A DNA stretch of 64,000 bases from Phoronis australis (GCA_002633005.1 NMRA01000776.1:54817-118816), one strand, 5' to 3'. Counted from the stretch's first letter, positions 50,873 through 63,405 are shown. Numbers and translations are program-made. Notes: a model not told the origin generated them from the sequence alone.

Positions 50873-52879
50873 CCCCATATACTGTATATTCCGACTGCTG
50901 GCCGATGTTACCATGATAGCTCGGCACCGAATCAGTGGCAGAATCGTTATGGGAGCGCGGCAAATAGGGTCAGGGCTGCTCGATTACACTTAGCAGCCAG
51001 GCGCACCATAGGGGGCTGGGTGGGGAGCAATAGCCCCCACTTTTTTTAGTGCTGCGCCGCCCACGGTCTATGGGCAGTGCAACACAGGGGGGCTGGGGTG
51101 CAATAGCCCCCACATTCACTGTGCTGCGCAGTCCATACACTAAGCGATAGTAATGCGTGTAGGTAGGTTGCGAACAACTGTGGTCGTCTTTCAAAGTCCT
51201 AATTTTGATGAACTCGAGGCTTATTTTTGAAATTTGAGTATACGTGGCTAGGGCAATTTTCATATTTTAGTGTAACCGTGTCCTGTTCGCAGAGAATTGT
51301 CGAGTTAACATTGTATACGTAGTTGTGGATAGTTTTCAACACAATAAGAATCACTTACGTCTGCTACTGATTACCGCTGGTGAGGAAGCCGATGAAGCAA
51401 GTGACGAACACACCGTATTAAGCACTGAGGATTTCACCATCTGATGAACTTGCTCTGGCGGCGTCCGTTTTCAAGGCTGTCGTAATGAATAAGACAGGTT
51501 TCGTATAGTTATTATCATAGACGAAAAACGACGAATTCGGTTTAGTACACTTTGATCTGCATTTTAACGAATCGTTGAGCCTAGCAAAAGAATAATTTGC
51601 AAATAGCGTTATCAAGGACTGTCAAAGGTTTTTGATCCAAAATCGTGCCGATGATTTTAAATCGTGAGTACACCATACCATCGGGCGCGAAAAGAATGTA
51701 TTTTGGAAAAAGCTCAATGATTACTTTTATCACGGAACTCTAACCCTGGAATGCCAACTTCGATCTTGCGTTGGCTAAGGTTGCGCCACACATGCGCGGC
51801 ATTCAGTTTGTTTGCATCTGTTTGTTCCGGTGTTGGTTATTCCTATGGAATTTACTGCCACTAAAACTTTTCGCCGAAAACTCCGCCGTTTTTCAATCGA
51901 ATCGCATAAGAGGCATATTATTAGAATGTCCTTCATCTGTTGATTCATAAATAATCATCATTTCGCTTTCCTGACAGATTTGAAAAATATTTTTGTTACC
52001 AGAATGCGAAAATGAACAGGGTGTAATAGGAACATATAAAAAGGAAATGGACCAGAGAGGTTATACAAGCATAAATTACTAATTAAACAAGCAGAGAAGT
52101 AATTTCAATGATTCAAAAGACTTCTTCACTATCAGGACAAAGATTTAACATTGCATAAATGAACTATTACAGAAACAACTGAAAATGGTAATGATTTATG
52201 CAAACACAAAATTAAACACACACACTTACATGTACTAGCTACTCAGATACGAGTAGTATTACCAACGTTACATGTACGTTCACACACCTGTTAGTAGGGC
52301 CTGAACTTTTCATCTATAATTGCAGAACAAACTCTCAGAAACCAAAATTCACTTTTCCGTAAGCTGCTGTAACACGTTTCTAGTACCCAGAAACTCCAAG
52401 CGTGAAATAATATTCGACAAGATGTAGCAAGTTGTTCTAGGACTGGTCATGAAAGGATATCAATCCGTTCCAAACGCCGTAACTCCATTCAAAAGTCTAT
52501 TAAATGCAAGCCGTTACATGCTTGTAAGTCACTGTAATCAACAATACTTTTGTCCCAAGTGGCCCTCTTCTCAGCCATATTGGAAGACATCTTGAAAACC
52601 AACATGTCTGTACTATCTTTCAGAGCTTGATAGAAAGAGGCCGACACACAATTTAACAATGCTTTCTAATTAAATTGGGTACGAACAACACCTCTCTTGG
52701 ATATGTTTTCAAAAGAAGTCGAAAAATCCAACCCATTGTTAAGCTTTTTGCAAAGGAAACTGCAAGTCTTCATTAAGCACAGAACGACTACGTTGTACAT
52801 GTACCTCTCTCCCGCTACAGCAGATGCCTCACCTACTCCCCGGTAATTCACAGATTCTTTGTGGAGATTTCGCGGCAAT

Positions 52880-53420
52880 AAATTGTCTAGGTAAAACGGG
52901 ATTTTCTCGCTGTGATCCTGAAAATGATGTCAAGATTACCAAAATCTCTGAAGATGTTCCACCTGCACCACAGTGCAAAACATGAAGAAGTACATGAGCA
53001 GCTTCTTTCAGGAAATATCCGCTAAAACATGTTTTAGGTAAAAACGTAATTTTCTCGCTGTGACCTTGAAAATGATGTCAAGGTCACCATGTGCCTTGAG
53101 TGTCACCCTCAAGCCTTGGTATGGACGTACAAGCAAGAATTCTACTTTTTCATGGTGACCTTAGAAATGATATTTAGGTCAACAGAATCGACTGGCGCTT
53201 GAAGATGTACCCCTTGCAGCTCATACATAATCTGAAGAAAATCTCCGGGTTCCAACATTATTGTGATGCGTACAACTTACATGTACAACTTGATTGTTTC
53301 GCTGTGACGACATAATAGTTCTGACGCAATCTCAGGGCCTTTGGCGACCATTCCAGAGAGGTTTTTATCACAAACTCAAATAGTCTATACCCGCTCATGC
53401 TGCATTGGACAATAAACATG
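52880..53420 (+). mobile_element. Degenerate Helentron/HINE-like core repeats (gtgaccttgaaaatgatgtcaaggtcacc)
   Basis: Tandem ~110-150-bp units containing the imperfect palindrome gtgaccttga...tcaaggtcac. Confidence 0.45.
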
Positions 53421-53752
53421 AAAACTAGTAAATTATAGAGAGGCGTCGAGATCGCGCTAAGTGACTGAGTGCTGCGTCTTGGTGTGAAAAATTAGTTCAA
53501 CGGTAAAATCTGTGATGCGGTATCACCGAAAGTATGGGCGATTGCAGAGAGCTACATGTACTTTTTCAAGGTCCGAAACTATTTAAACTAGCAATTATCA
53601 AACATCATCGACCCACCCTAGCCATGATGATACACACTCTAAATTGTGGCCGATTGCAAATTCGTTTAGAACGTACAGCAGTTTAAGAGGCACCACTTTC
53701 GTGGGTTACTGGTTGATTCTAATTATTTTCAGTATAATATGTTAAAGATAAT

Positions 53753-56700
53753 GGGGCTATTCGACAATCTTTACATTACTAGAGGGCGCGCGTGTACTAG
53801 TGATGGTAGATTAAGCAGCCTGAACTTTCCGAGCCCTTTGATACATGTTAAAATAGCTTTCACCCGTGCCAACTAAATCTGAGATTGCTTGAAAAGGGTG
53901 TTTCTACGAGAGGAAGTAAGCGTGATCTTATAAGAAGGCAAGGTTTGTGATTATTTTAACGATTATTCGAAGTTTGCAATACTGATACATATTAACTGAG
54001 CCGGGTAGTGGTTGATGTCGAACTTCGCGGCAGTCGGGTTAATCATTGTTTGTTGTGATGTGATACGATACTTAACATAGCACTCGGGATCTTTTCGTGC
54101 ATCGAAGCAGTAATATATGTTTGGAGTGATTTCTAACAGGTTTGTCAGTGACAGTTGCATCAATTAATGCTGAATGGTTAGTGTGGTCAACTCGATATTG
54201 ATTAGTGAGGTAAGAAGACTACAATACAAACCCAAAGGGCATGTGACAAATATACAATAGACTATTTGTGTACTGCCTATCCTATGTCGTTCTGAAATCT
54301 ACATGTTGACATGATAATGTGTTTTCAGCTGACCTTTGGTTTTAGGGTGTGAGGGCTATTACCACGCAGAGAAGATATGTATCACTACTCAACCGTCCCT
54401 GATTGGACAAAAATTGGTTTTGAGCAGTTGACTGCAACCAACCTGCAAAATCTTCCTATCCAGTGCAGATCTGTTGTCAAAACCTACTTTCTATATCGGA
54501 GACAAAGAAGAAAGCATTTGAAAGGGACAACTAACTTTAAAGACATGTATGTGAATTGTTTGGCCAATTTACTTATTCGGGTCCTTAGATTGAGGTTTGC
54601 ATAAGGGGTTGGGGTTGTAAAATTTGGTGTAACTGAGTGCGTGGAAATACCAGATAAAATTTTCCTGGGGGAAAGTGCATTGTTGGGTAATTCTTAACCT
54701 TCATAAAGTTCTTTCAAGTTTTATGACACAGTTTTGCTATCCATTGCAAACCCATAGAAAATATTACATTTTCTGAATTCTCAATGACTGGACTGTCTTA
54801 ACTCATGCGTTGAAATGTTGCAAGTTGTTGATGTGACTGCCATCTACTTTGAAAACTGCATTTTGGCTGCGAAAATACGAGTGAGGTCACATTCCTGAAC
54901 ATATTCTTTTTAATTCCAATACACATGCATTAGGATTTAAATTACTCTTAAACAACAGAAAGATAATCCATCAATTTTTAAAAAAACTTAAGTCTTCATA
55001 TTTTCTATTGGAAAAGAAACAAAATATCTGTGAAACGGTTCTCTCAGCCTTAGACCAGAATTGTGCTTGACAGACCCATGAATCTGTAATTGGTGTTTAA
55101 AATTGCTGAAAGTACCAAAAATCAAAAGGCTTTAAAATGGGTAACAAATGTTTGAAGTTGTCTCAAATAACTTGCATAGTTTGCAGACAAGTGATGTATT
55201 TAAAGAATTGTTATGGCTAGGAATGAAAAATAAAGACGCAGTTCTATGCAAATCAATACTTATCATACTATATACATCTGCAAGCTTGCTTTCTGGAAAT
55301 AGTAATTACTGAATTCTGTGTGAAGTTGTAAAGCATTTGCCATATCATATTTTTAAAAAACAAGGGCAACATTTTTGACCCAACCTGACGTACTTAATTA
55401 TTCATGTTTCAATATTTGTTCCAGGTTCAGTGACATTTATAAGGCCACTTCAAGCCGCAACATAGACATGATTTGTGACTCCTTTCTCTTCCCACACCAG
55501 CAGTGCTGCATGCCACAATATAAAAGCCATAGGCCACGGAGAAATGTGAATCGTAGTACCATAAGAAAATGTGCCAGTGGATTGTTTGTGTGTGAATAGG
55601 AACTACATCTGACTGCTACACCAGCCAGCCTAATTGGTGAGAATGCCCGTTCATACATGTAGGCAATGAGTCATGGAAAAACATGAGGGACTGAAGCTAA
55701 ATAAGACCTAGTAACACTCTGATCTAGTTCAGGGTCAGATTTCGGGCACAAACCGAGTGATGTGATGTTGTGCTTACCTTCAAGAATCTAATTATGGACG
55801 TTATTGAGGCTGCATGAGGTTTCGTGAAAAAGGCCACATGCCGAATCTGGACCTTTTTTACAAGCACTTCTACTGGCCATTGAAACTCGATCCCAGTGAA
55901 ATGAAAACCAAAAGCATATGATATAAATACTTGTCCTTTCTCACCGAGTGACATTAACTTTTCCTCTCAGAAGAAAAGCTTTATACTAATTGTAAAAACT
56001 TTTCAATCTGGTACGCATTATGTGGAAATGACATTCAGTGACTGCACCGATTGTCTTATTGTCAGTAAAAAGCCCGTTAATGATACATTTTATGATTGAA
56101 TAAACTTTCATCAACCGACAAGTTTGTCACTTACTATTCCCTTTGATTTGTCTAAACTTGTCTAAAACAAAAATTCCACATGCAAGCAAGGTATGTTTTC
56201 AATGGTATACTGAACAACCACATACATAAAAGGGAACATTTTCTGTTGAAAACTATTGTAATTTTCCCAAATGCAACATGCAAAGTCCATAAACAGGGAT
56301 ATCAAAGGCTGACTTTCTGAACTGAGATGTTCAGTTCTCTCAGGTTATTGCTGAAGGACTGCTTTTCACTTTGTCGAAAGGTAAAATAAACGGCAAGGTG
56401 GCTGGTTTCAGTCGTTTTCTCTCACCTGTAACAGAATAGGCAGAGAATTATTAGCAAATTATAAAAGAAAACACAAGACAAAACTACTTTTTACGGCAGA
56501 AAATACTTGACACTTAATCTTCATGTTTCTATGAAGAAACTAATAATCTTTGTACCCAAGCCTTATTAAAGATGAGAATTAAAATGTGTGAAACAGGCTA
56601 AAAGTGACTTAAGAATGTGTATTTTTAACGACACGTAAAATACGTTTCTGATCTCAACATATAAAATTCATTCTATGTGTCAATATTTATTCCAGTGCAA

Positions 56701-57408
56701 TGTTACGAATTTAGTGAACAGCTCATTCATGTTAATTCGGTAACTACTGTAAAATCTGGTAATCCTGGGGGTGAAGTCTGCTATAAAATAAGAAAACTCA
56801 CTCATCTAGAGAATTTCATTGGACATAGCATACTTTTGAAAAGTAACTGCTGTGAAAAAATCCCCCTTGATTTCTGGGCGGGACGTCCCATACATCTCTC
56901 ATATTGGGAGCACTCCCACCCAGGACTTGTTATGTGAATATGAGCTGCTAGCCTCCCATCCGTGCCTGGTGAGTTTTTGAAGAGAAACACTTAGTTCCAC
57001 TGAATAAATCCGTTATTCAGTGGGGTAAGTGGCCGGGATAACATCACTAAGCAATCTCGATAGAAACTAATTGTTAAAAACTTACCAAGTAACGTGATCA
57101 GGTAATCTCTCAATGGAAATGCTTAAAGCACACACGGGGCGTGAGGCTTCGGCATACACACACTGTTTTCACTTGGTTGGCCCTCTTGACCGCAATTCTC
57201 CACGCTTGTATTAACCTTAGCTCTTTTGGGAATTTGCGACCACCTGTCGAAGATTTGTTTCCAGCAAAATAGCAATAATAAGGCTTAGCGCGACGACATT
57301 TTTTTGATAACAATCCCGTCCTTTTACCAGCTCTTTACATGCAGACAGCGACGCATGCGCAATTCAATCACCACTAGCTACAGCAGCGACACCGCGTTGA
57401 ATAGCCCC
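53753..57408. mobile_element. Decayed ISL2EU-like (PIF/Harbinger-related) DNA transposon: SAP + YqaJ exonuclease remnant (+) convergent with a THAP remnant (-)
   Basis: Inverted ends GGGGCTATTC (at| on the left, |tt on the right). Plus strand: SAP-like QLNLRLLEKGVSTRGSKRDLIRR (53870-53938) and YqaJ-like TPAVLH..SGLFVCE*ELHLTATPASLIGE..CPF..LKLNKT..VQGQ..CDVV..MPNLDLFYKHF (~55100-55880). Minus strand: THAP-like FPKELRLIQAWRIAVKR..RVCFKHF (57086-57290) spliced to GERKRLKPATLPFI (from 56425). Confidence 0.72.
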
Positions 57409-57762
57409 TTTACCATGATTTATTTACTCCGGCAATCTAAGTACCCTCTTTCCTGACACTCATTTTGAAGAGGCAAAACGGCTTTTAAATCTAATACAGC
57501 ATTAATACTCCAGGGCAACGTTGTATTCGTGAACGGATCACCTCTGTAGCATTGCGCAAAGCTGCGAGAGAAATCTGATAACCATCTTCGAAAACTAACC
57601 CTAATTCTATCGTCGAACACTTCTTTGACTATGGCATCGCTCGAGTGTCCTTTCCAGTACACTGCCTGATTTTTTTCGCCTACTCCCATTTCGAAAAGGT
57701 CAAATTGTGGTGAAAAAACTCAAGGGGTAAACAACAATTGGTTGGACTCCAAAACCACTTTC

Positions 57763-58113
57763 CCGGACTTCAAAATCAGCTGGCTGCATTGCAAATGGCC
57801 GGTGTACCAACTTTATGGCCGGACCTCAAAACGTAATGTCCGGTAACTCAAAACCAGATGGTCGCATCCAAAATCTGTTTGGCCGGACCTATGGGATTGT
57901 CGGTGCTAAACTACAAAGGACGAACACACAAGGCTCTACTTTCAAGGTGATTCTCTGATCGAGTACATCCTGTCGTCGTATTTCATCACGGGCCAACTGC
58001 TTATAGCACCGGCCATTGTGATTAAGGTCCAGCCATAGCGTTTTTAAGTCCGGACAAAAAGTTTGATCACCGGTCATTTGGTTTTGTAGTGCAGCCGACT
58101 AGTTTTGAAGTCC
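57763..58113. mobile_element. Foldback/MITE-like element with modular inverted arms
   Basis: ccggacttcaaaatcagctggctgca on the left is mirrored by tgcagccgactagttttgaagtccgg on the right. Both arms have internal ccggac(t/c)tcaaaa-type subrepeats. Confidence 0.55.
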
Positions 58114-58850
58114 GGCAAGCTGCACATACACACAAGCGCGCACGCGCAACTAGAACTTCATTGACTACGGGTAACAGCACCTGCTGCTGGCTGGTGATTT
58201 CAATATCAAGGAACATAATCGTAAGACTTGACTGTCACACTTTCTCGCCTCCCAGCAAGTGCTACCGCCTTGCTCTACTTGTGTACACGCCCTTTTCACG
58301 TACTTGTCAATTGCCTGGCTTCGAGTAGTCCTCCTGACAGTACTACTTTTGAAGATTTGCTCCGCATGCCGCTTTTTGACCCATGGTACAGAATTTTAAT
58401 ACCGATGCAACTGTTTTAAAGTTACGTAGTGAGTGAGGAATGTGTATTTTGAAATGAATTTCCCAAGATTGACGTGAACGCATGGCGGCAGGGGTCGCAG
58501 CTAGGCTTTTGTACACTATATGCGCTATTCATTGAATCGCAGGGTATTTTAAGTGTTACATAAAGTCAACAGTCTTAAGTGATTCTACGAATGACTAACA
58601 CTGCGCGACCAACCGTGCAATGAAGATGTTTGTCAGAGTCAAAACATACAAAGGATATTGTGGTTTTTATTGGCACCGGCGGAAGCACATTTTTTAAGAG
58701 ATCTGTTCCAACCAACAATAGTTTCAAAAGTGAAATTTCCGGTCTTTAAGCCGAACGTGTTCCTTAAAAACACACCGTGATCATGTTTCTGGATGTCATG
58801 TTGTGGCCGACATTTGGAACATGCAACATGGCCTATATACATATAAATCN

Positions 58851-59905
58851 TAGGGAAGTTTTCATATTTTAGTGTAACTGTGTCCTGTTCGCAGAGAATC
58901 GTCGAGTTAACATTGTTTCCGTAGTTGTGGATAGTTTTCAACACAATAAGAATCACTTACGTCTGCTACTGATTACCGTTGGTGAGGAAGCCGATGAAGC
59001 AAGTGACGAACACACCGTATCCAGCACTGAGGACTTCACCATCTGACGAACTTGCTCTGGCGGCGTCCGTTTTCAAGGCTGTCGTAATGAATAAGACAGG
59101 TTTCGTATAGTTATTATCTTAGACGAAAAACGACGAATTCGGTTTGGTAGACTTTGATCTGCATTTTAACGAATCGTTGAGCCTAGGCAAAAGAATAATT
59201 TGTAAATAACGTTATTAAGAACAGTTAAAGGTCTTTGATCCAAAATCGCATAAGAGGCATATCATTAGAATGCCCTTTATCTGTTCTTGATGGTGTATGA
59301 TTGAGAATCAAATGATAATAATTTGATTCATAAATAATCATCATTTCACATACATGTACTTGTGTACACGCCCAGTTCACGTACTTGTCAATTGCCTGGC
59401 CTCGAGTAGTCCTCCTGACAGTACTACTTTTGAAGATTTGCTCCGCATGCCGCTTTTTGACCCATAGGACAGAATTTTAATACCGATGCAACTGTAGTGA
59501 GTGAGGAATGTGTATTTTGAAATGAATTTCCCAAGATTAATGTGAACGCATGGCGGCAGGGGTCGCAGCTAGGCTTTTGTACACTATATGCGCTATTCAT
59601 TGAATCGCTGGGTATTTTAAGTGTTACATATAGTCAACACTCTTAAGTGATTCTATGAATGACTAACACTGCGCGACCAACGGTGCAATGAAGATGTTTG
59701 TCAGAGTCAAAACATACAAAGGATATTGTGGTTTTTATTGGCACCGGCGAAAGCACATTTTTAAGAGATCTGTCCCAACCAACAATAGTCTCATAAGTGA
59801 AATTTCCGGTCTTTAAGCCGAACGTGTTCCTTAAAAACACACCGTGATCATGTTTCTGGATGTCATGTTTTGGCCGACATTTGGAACTTGCAACATGGCC
59901 TATAT
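58851..59905. repeat. Second (alternate-haplotype-like) copy of 51258-51964 joined directly to 58276-58840
   Basis: 58860-59347 matches 51258-51964 apart from a missing ~260 bp. 59356-59905 matches 58276-58840. The copy begins right after n58850. Confidence 0.8.
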
Positions 59906-61970
59906 ACACATGTACTGTTGGCAAATATGTAATTACTAAAAACCAGAGCAAGAGTGGTTCGTTCTTCCAATCCTGACGTGTGCTACTTGCTATCGGTAAC
60001 TTAAGGTAGATAATTCAGCACTTAATTCTCTGTCTGCATGTGCTCCTAAAGGTTCCGCCAAGAGATGTTGGCGTTCCCAGTAAAGCAACATCACCTCAAG
60101 ACCAAAACACGACTTCCAGTTTGAGTACGGGTGTCAGAAAAGTGACGGTAAACGAGTATCGCTTAAGCTATATGTAACTTACTGTTAGACCGACAAAATC
60201 CGCAGAATTTCTTGCAATTTCTGTTTGTCCATGCCCTTTATCTTCGCCATCCACAAATCTGTATTTTTGAGTAAGCGCTACACCTTTTCACGTCTCTACA
60301 TATGCCTGTTAACATAATGTAGGGTTTCGATCAATTACAGCCTGCACAAAACAAATTTCGTTTGATCTTGACGGTACAACCAACGGTTCAGCTTCATAAG
60401 AAAGCTCAATTTTGCCACTGAAACAGTCCATTGTTTAGTATGACGTCATATTGACGTTTTAGACCCGGTAAAAATTAAGATGCCGCAAATAAAACATTAA
60501 CGATAATTGGGACCCGATATAGGTAGTGTTTTAAATTACTAAACACTCCAGAAACCATTTCCTGGCCAAGGCCTTGTCAATCCTTTTCAACGCCCCGAGA
60601 ACATATAATGTGTGCAACCGATTATATAAAAATAATTGTAGGCAATATGGTACACGTTGTACTAGACGTTCACTGGCCGTTCAAGGTGGCTCATTGCACT
60701 ATCATCTTAAAGGTCAACGTCACATCAGTGAAATGGGTGTACCTGAAGGTGATATCATCTGTAATCCGGAAGTTCACGAAAATGGCATCAGAGGTCATTA
60801 CGTAATAGGTTTAATTGGACCGTAAGTACCATCATCAGGTCATGTTAGAGAGGAGCCTGGATCCAAGGTCAAAGTCATGCGTGTAACCGAAAATCGTCGG
60901 TAAGCCGGAAGGAAGTGTAAATGAACGAGGCCATAATCGAATCAGAAGTCACCTAACTGCTGACATCATCGGGTAGGTTAGGTGTGGCAACGTCTACCAC
61001 CCTATTCTGACACTACAAAGACGTTGAAAACGTTCAAATGAGGTTGTAGAGTTCAACTGATTGAGAGTGGGAACAAAATATGGATTCCACTATGTTGCGT
61101 ATTCTCTTCAGTGGATTGGTATAGCTTCACATCTATCCACTATGCCGTGTTATTAGTTATGCTAATCCTACAGATCCAGATTGGTCATTGTTGATTTAAA
61201 TTCTAGGGCTTCGCAGAATGGCAACCTGGGGTCCGTTGAGCTTTGACCTTTGGGGAAACCTTTGACCTTTGCATGTGACTGCTTTACCTGTGAGCTTTGA
61301 TTCAGTTGATCTTTTTTCTTGCGACAATGTTTGTTGCGGTTGAATATACTCATTGGTGATGGTGATTTGATTTTTTTATTCTTTTTTTAATAATACCCAA
61401 GCCCTTACTGGACCCCAAGCCGTTTGTTTAGTTTAATCGCGCATCGGTATTCTATACAACTTTTGTTTATTTTTATAAGTATTTTTGAAATCACCGAAAA
61501 TAATGAACTTGACGAAATGAAAATCTACGAACCCTAAAATGCGACCATTTGGAAAGACGTTTGAAGGAATTAGTCTTCATTGGCACTCGAAAGTCGAAAT
61601 AATATTTTTGTTTTTTTCATTTTTGAAAACATTTTGGAAGAAGCTATTGAATAATTTGAAATTAACTAAACATTCACCGAGATAACGACGTTACGAGAGT
61701 ATCGATTACGTTGAAATTCGTCCAACGTGTTGAGAGTATAGATTATGTTGAAATTCGCCCACAAGCAAGTTGCAAGAGTGTTATCGACAAAAATAATGAA
61801 GTCAATATGATGTAAGTTTCGTTTTATTTTCGGCAATTATTAACAAAAAATACAGAAAATAACAGGGAAGTAGTTGAAGATGCTTTGACTAAAAGTTTTG
61901 AGGCTACTGACATCGTCTCAAAATAATTGAGAAATTTCCCGGTTTGTCCCTTCCGGTTCCCGTCTTCCAG

Positions 61971-62192
61971 CATGCGCGCACCGAGGAGGGCCCACTTGGC
62001 GAAGGGGGCAAAAAGGTCCGCCTCTGAGAAACAAACAGTCCGAGAAAATGAGACAAAAGTCCACTAAACAAGCACAAACACGCAAAAAACAGTGGTGCCC
62101 CCGTTTTTTTAGTCCGCCGGACTTTATGTTAGCAAAAGGTCCAAAACTTCAAGAATTCGAGCCCCCGGTATTGAAGGCTGGGTGCGCACATG
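61971..62192. mobile_element. hAT-like MITE inserted in a ~125-bp tandem repeat
   Basis: TIRs CATGCGCGCACC and GGTGCGCACATG; flanks tccag and tcctg (5-bp TSD, one mismatch). The host unit ctgacat(c/g)gtctcaaaa...cgtcttcc is repeated at ~61907 and ~62256. Confidence 0.6.
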
Positions 62193-62498
62193 TCCTGTTA
62201 TAAAGGTTGTCGTTAGCGCTTTAAGGTCAGGATTCGTTCTTTTGGGATGCTTACCTGACATGGTCTCAAAAAGATTGAAAAATTGCCCGGTTGTCCTGTC
62301 CGTCTCCTGTCTTCCCGTTATATAAGTCGATGTTCGTGCTTTAAGGCCGAGATTCGTGTTTTGGGCTGCTTACATGTACCAGTTTATCGACTGCAGGTTA
62401 TCTGTTACATGTATATATAGAGATTTTGATTTCTATGGAACACCTTGAGTTAACTTATTAACATTATAGATATCATTTTTAATCAGAGTAAAACGTAC

Positions 62499-62666
62499 TT
62501 GGGCATTTACGGTTGTTGCATAACTGGGTCATCGAACTTGCTCCTTCACAATCTTTGCCACCAAATTCAGGGGTAGGGTCGGTGCAGTTCCTAATGCGCT
62601 TCAGTTGTCCCTCCCCACAGGTCACAGATCACGGAGATACAGTCCAATGCGTCCAACCACCGTCCA
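62499..62666 (-). pseudogene. TSP1-repeat exon with an in-frame TGA at the conserved Cys (pseudo-exon or recoded)
   Basis: AG/GT-bounded 168-nt phase-1 exon: VDGGWTHWTVSP*SVTCGEGQLKRIRNCTDPTPEFGGKDCEGASSMTQLCNNRKCP. The TGA is at 62629-62631. Confidence 0.7.
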
Positions 62667-63405
62667 CTGAAATTGGTGACCATCATTGATTATAGACAAC
62701 AGATTCGCAACTCAGACATTTTCTTGCGTGATTTCTTAGAGGAGGCGCCACTCTCCCAAATTACATGTATTTGTCCCAGTTTCCGGTCACTGTCTTGTGA
62801 CGACACAACAGCTGATCATGATTAGCAGACGACGTACCTGCTAGAAAAAAAAATAATTTGGACAGGTGTCAATGGTGAATATGACGTCACTGCTTCTGTA
62901 AGAGCACAGATTTTGTCCATTGGAAGTATACGGAGTTGGCTGTCCTTGTACATGTACTAAAGTCCATTGTACCGTTGAGTCGTTTTAACGCTTCCTGATT
63001 TCTCGACTTAGACCTTGTTTTCTCATTTTTGCCAGTAGTAGGAATGGCGAGAGTCTGTCCAATATTGACCGACCTCGGAGCAATCATTTCAACAGATTTA
63101 CCTTAGTGCAGATCGATACAACGTCTTTGCTTATGTGATAGCCCTGCACAGAACAAGGTTTGTAAGAGTTCCACCCAGTACGGTCACCGTAAAATGAAGA
63201 AAGTGTTTCTTCAGTTGATTCTATGGGATCGTTGCCAAACTAAGTTCATGCACTTTGTATTCACTTCTAAAAACTGAACGCGAATATATCACTGAGCCAT
63301 TCATGACCGAATAGGAAATTCAAGTCAAACAGTGGAACACTGAGTCTAAGCCAGTTGATAACAAAACATCTTCATGTACTGTATGTACTATATATGAGTG
63401 CTTAC

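Noticed and set aside
68-63087. Most 60-170 aa ORFs in the supplied track as independent genes
   Set aside because: They are chance ORFs, antisense shadows, or exon and transposon fragments in an intron-rich genome.
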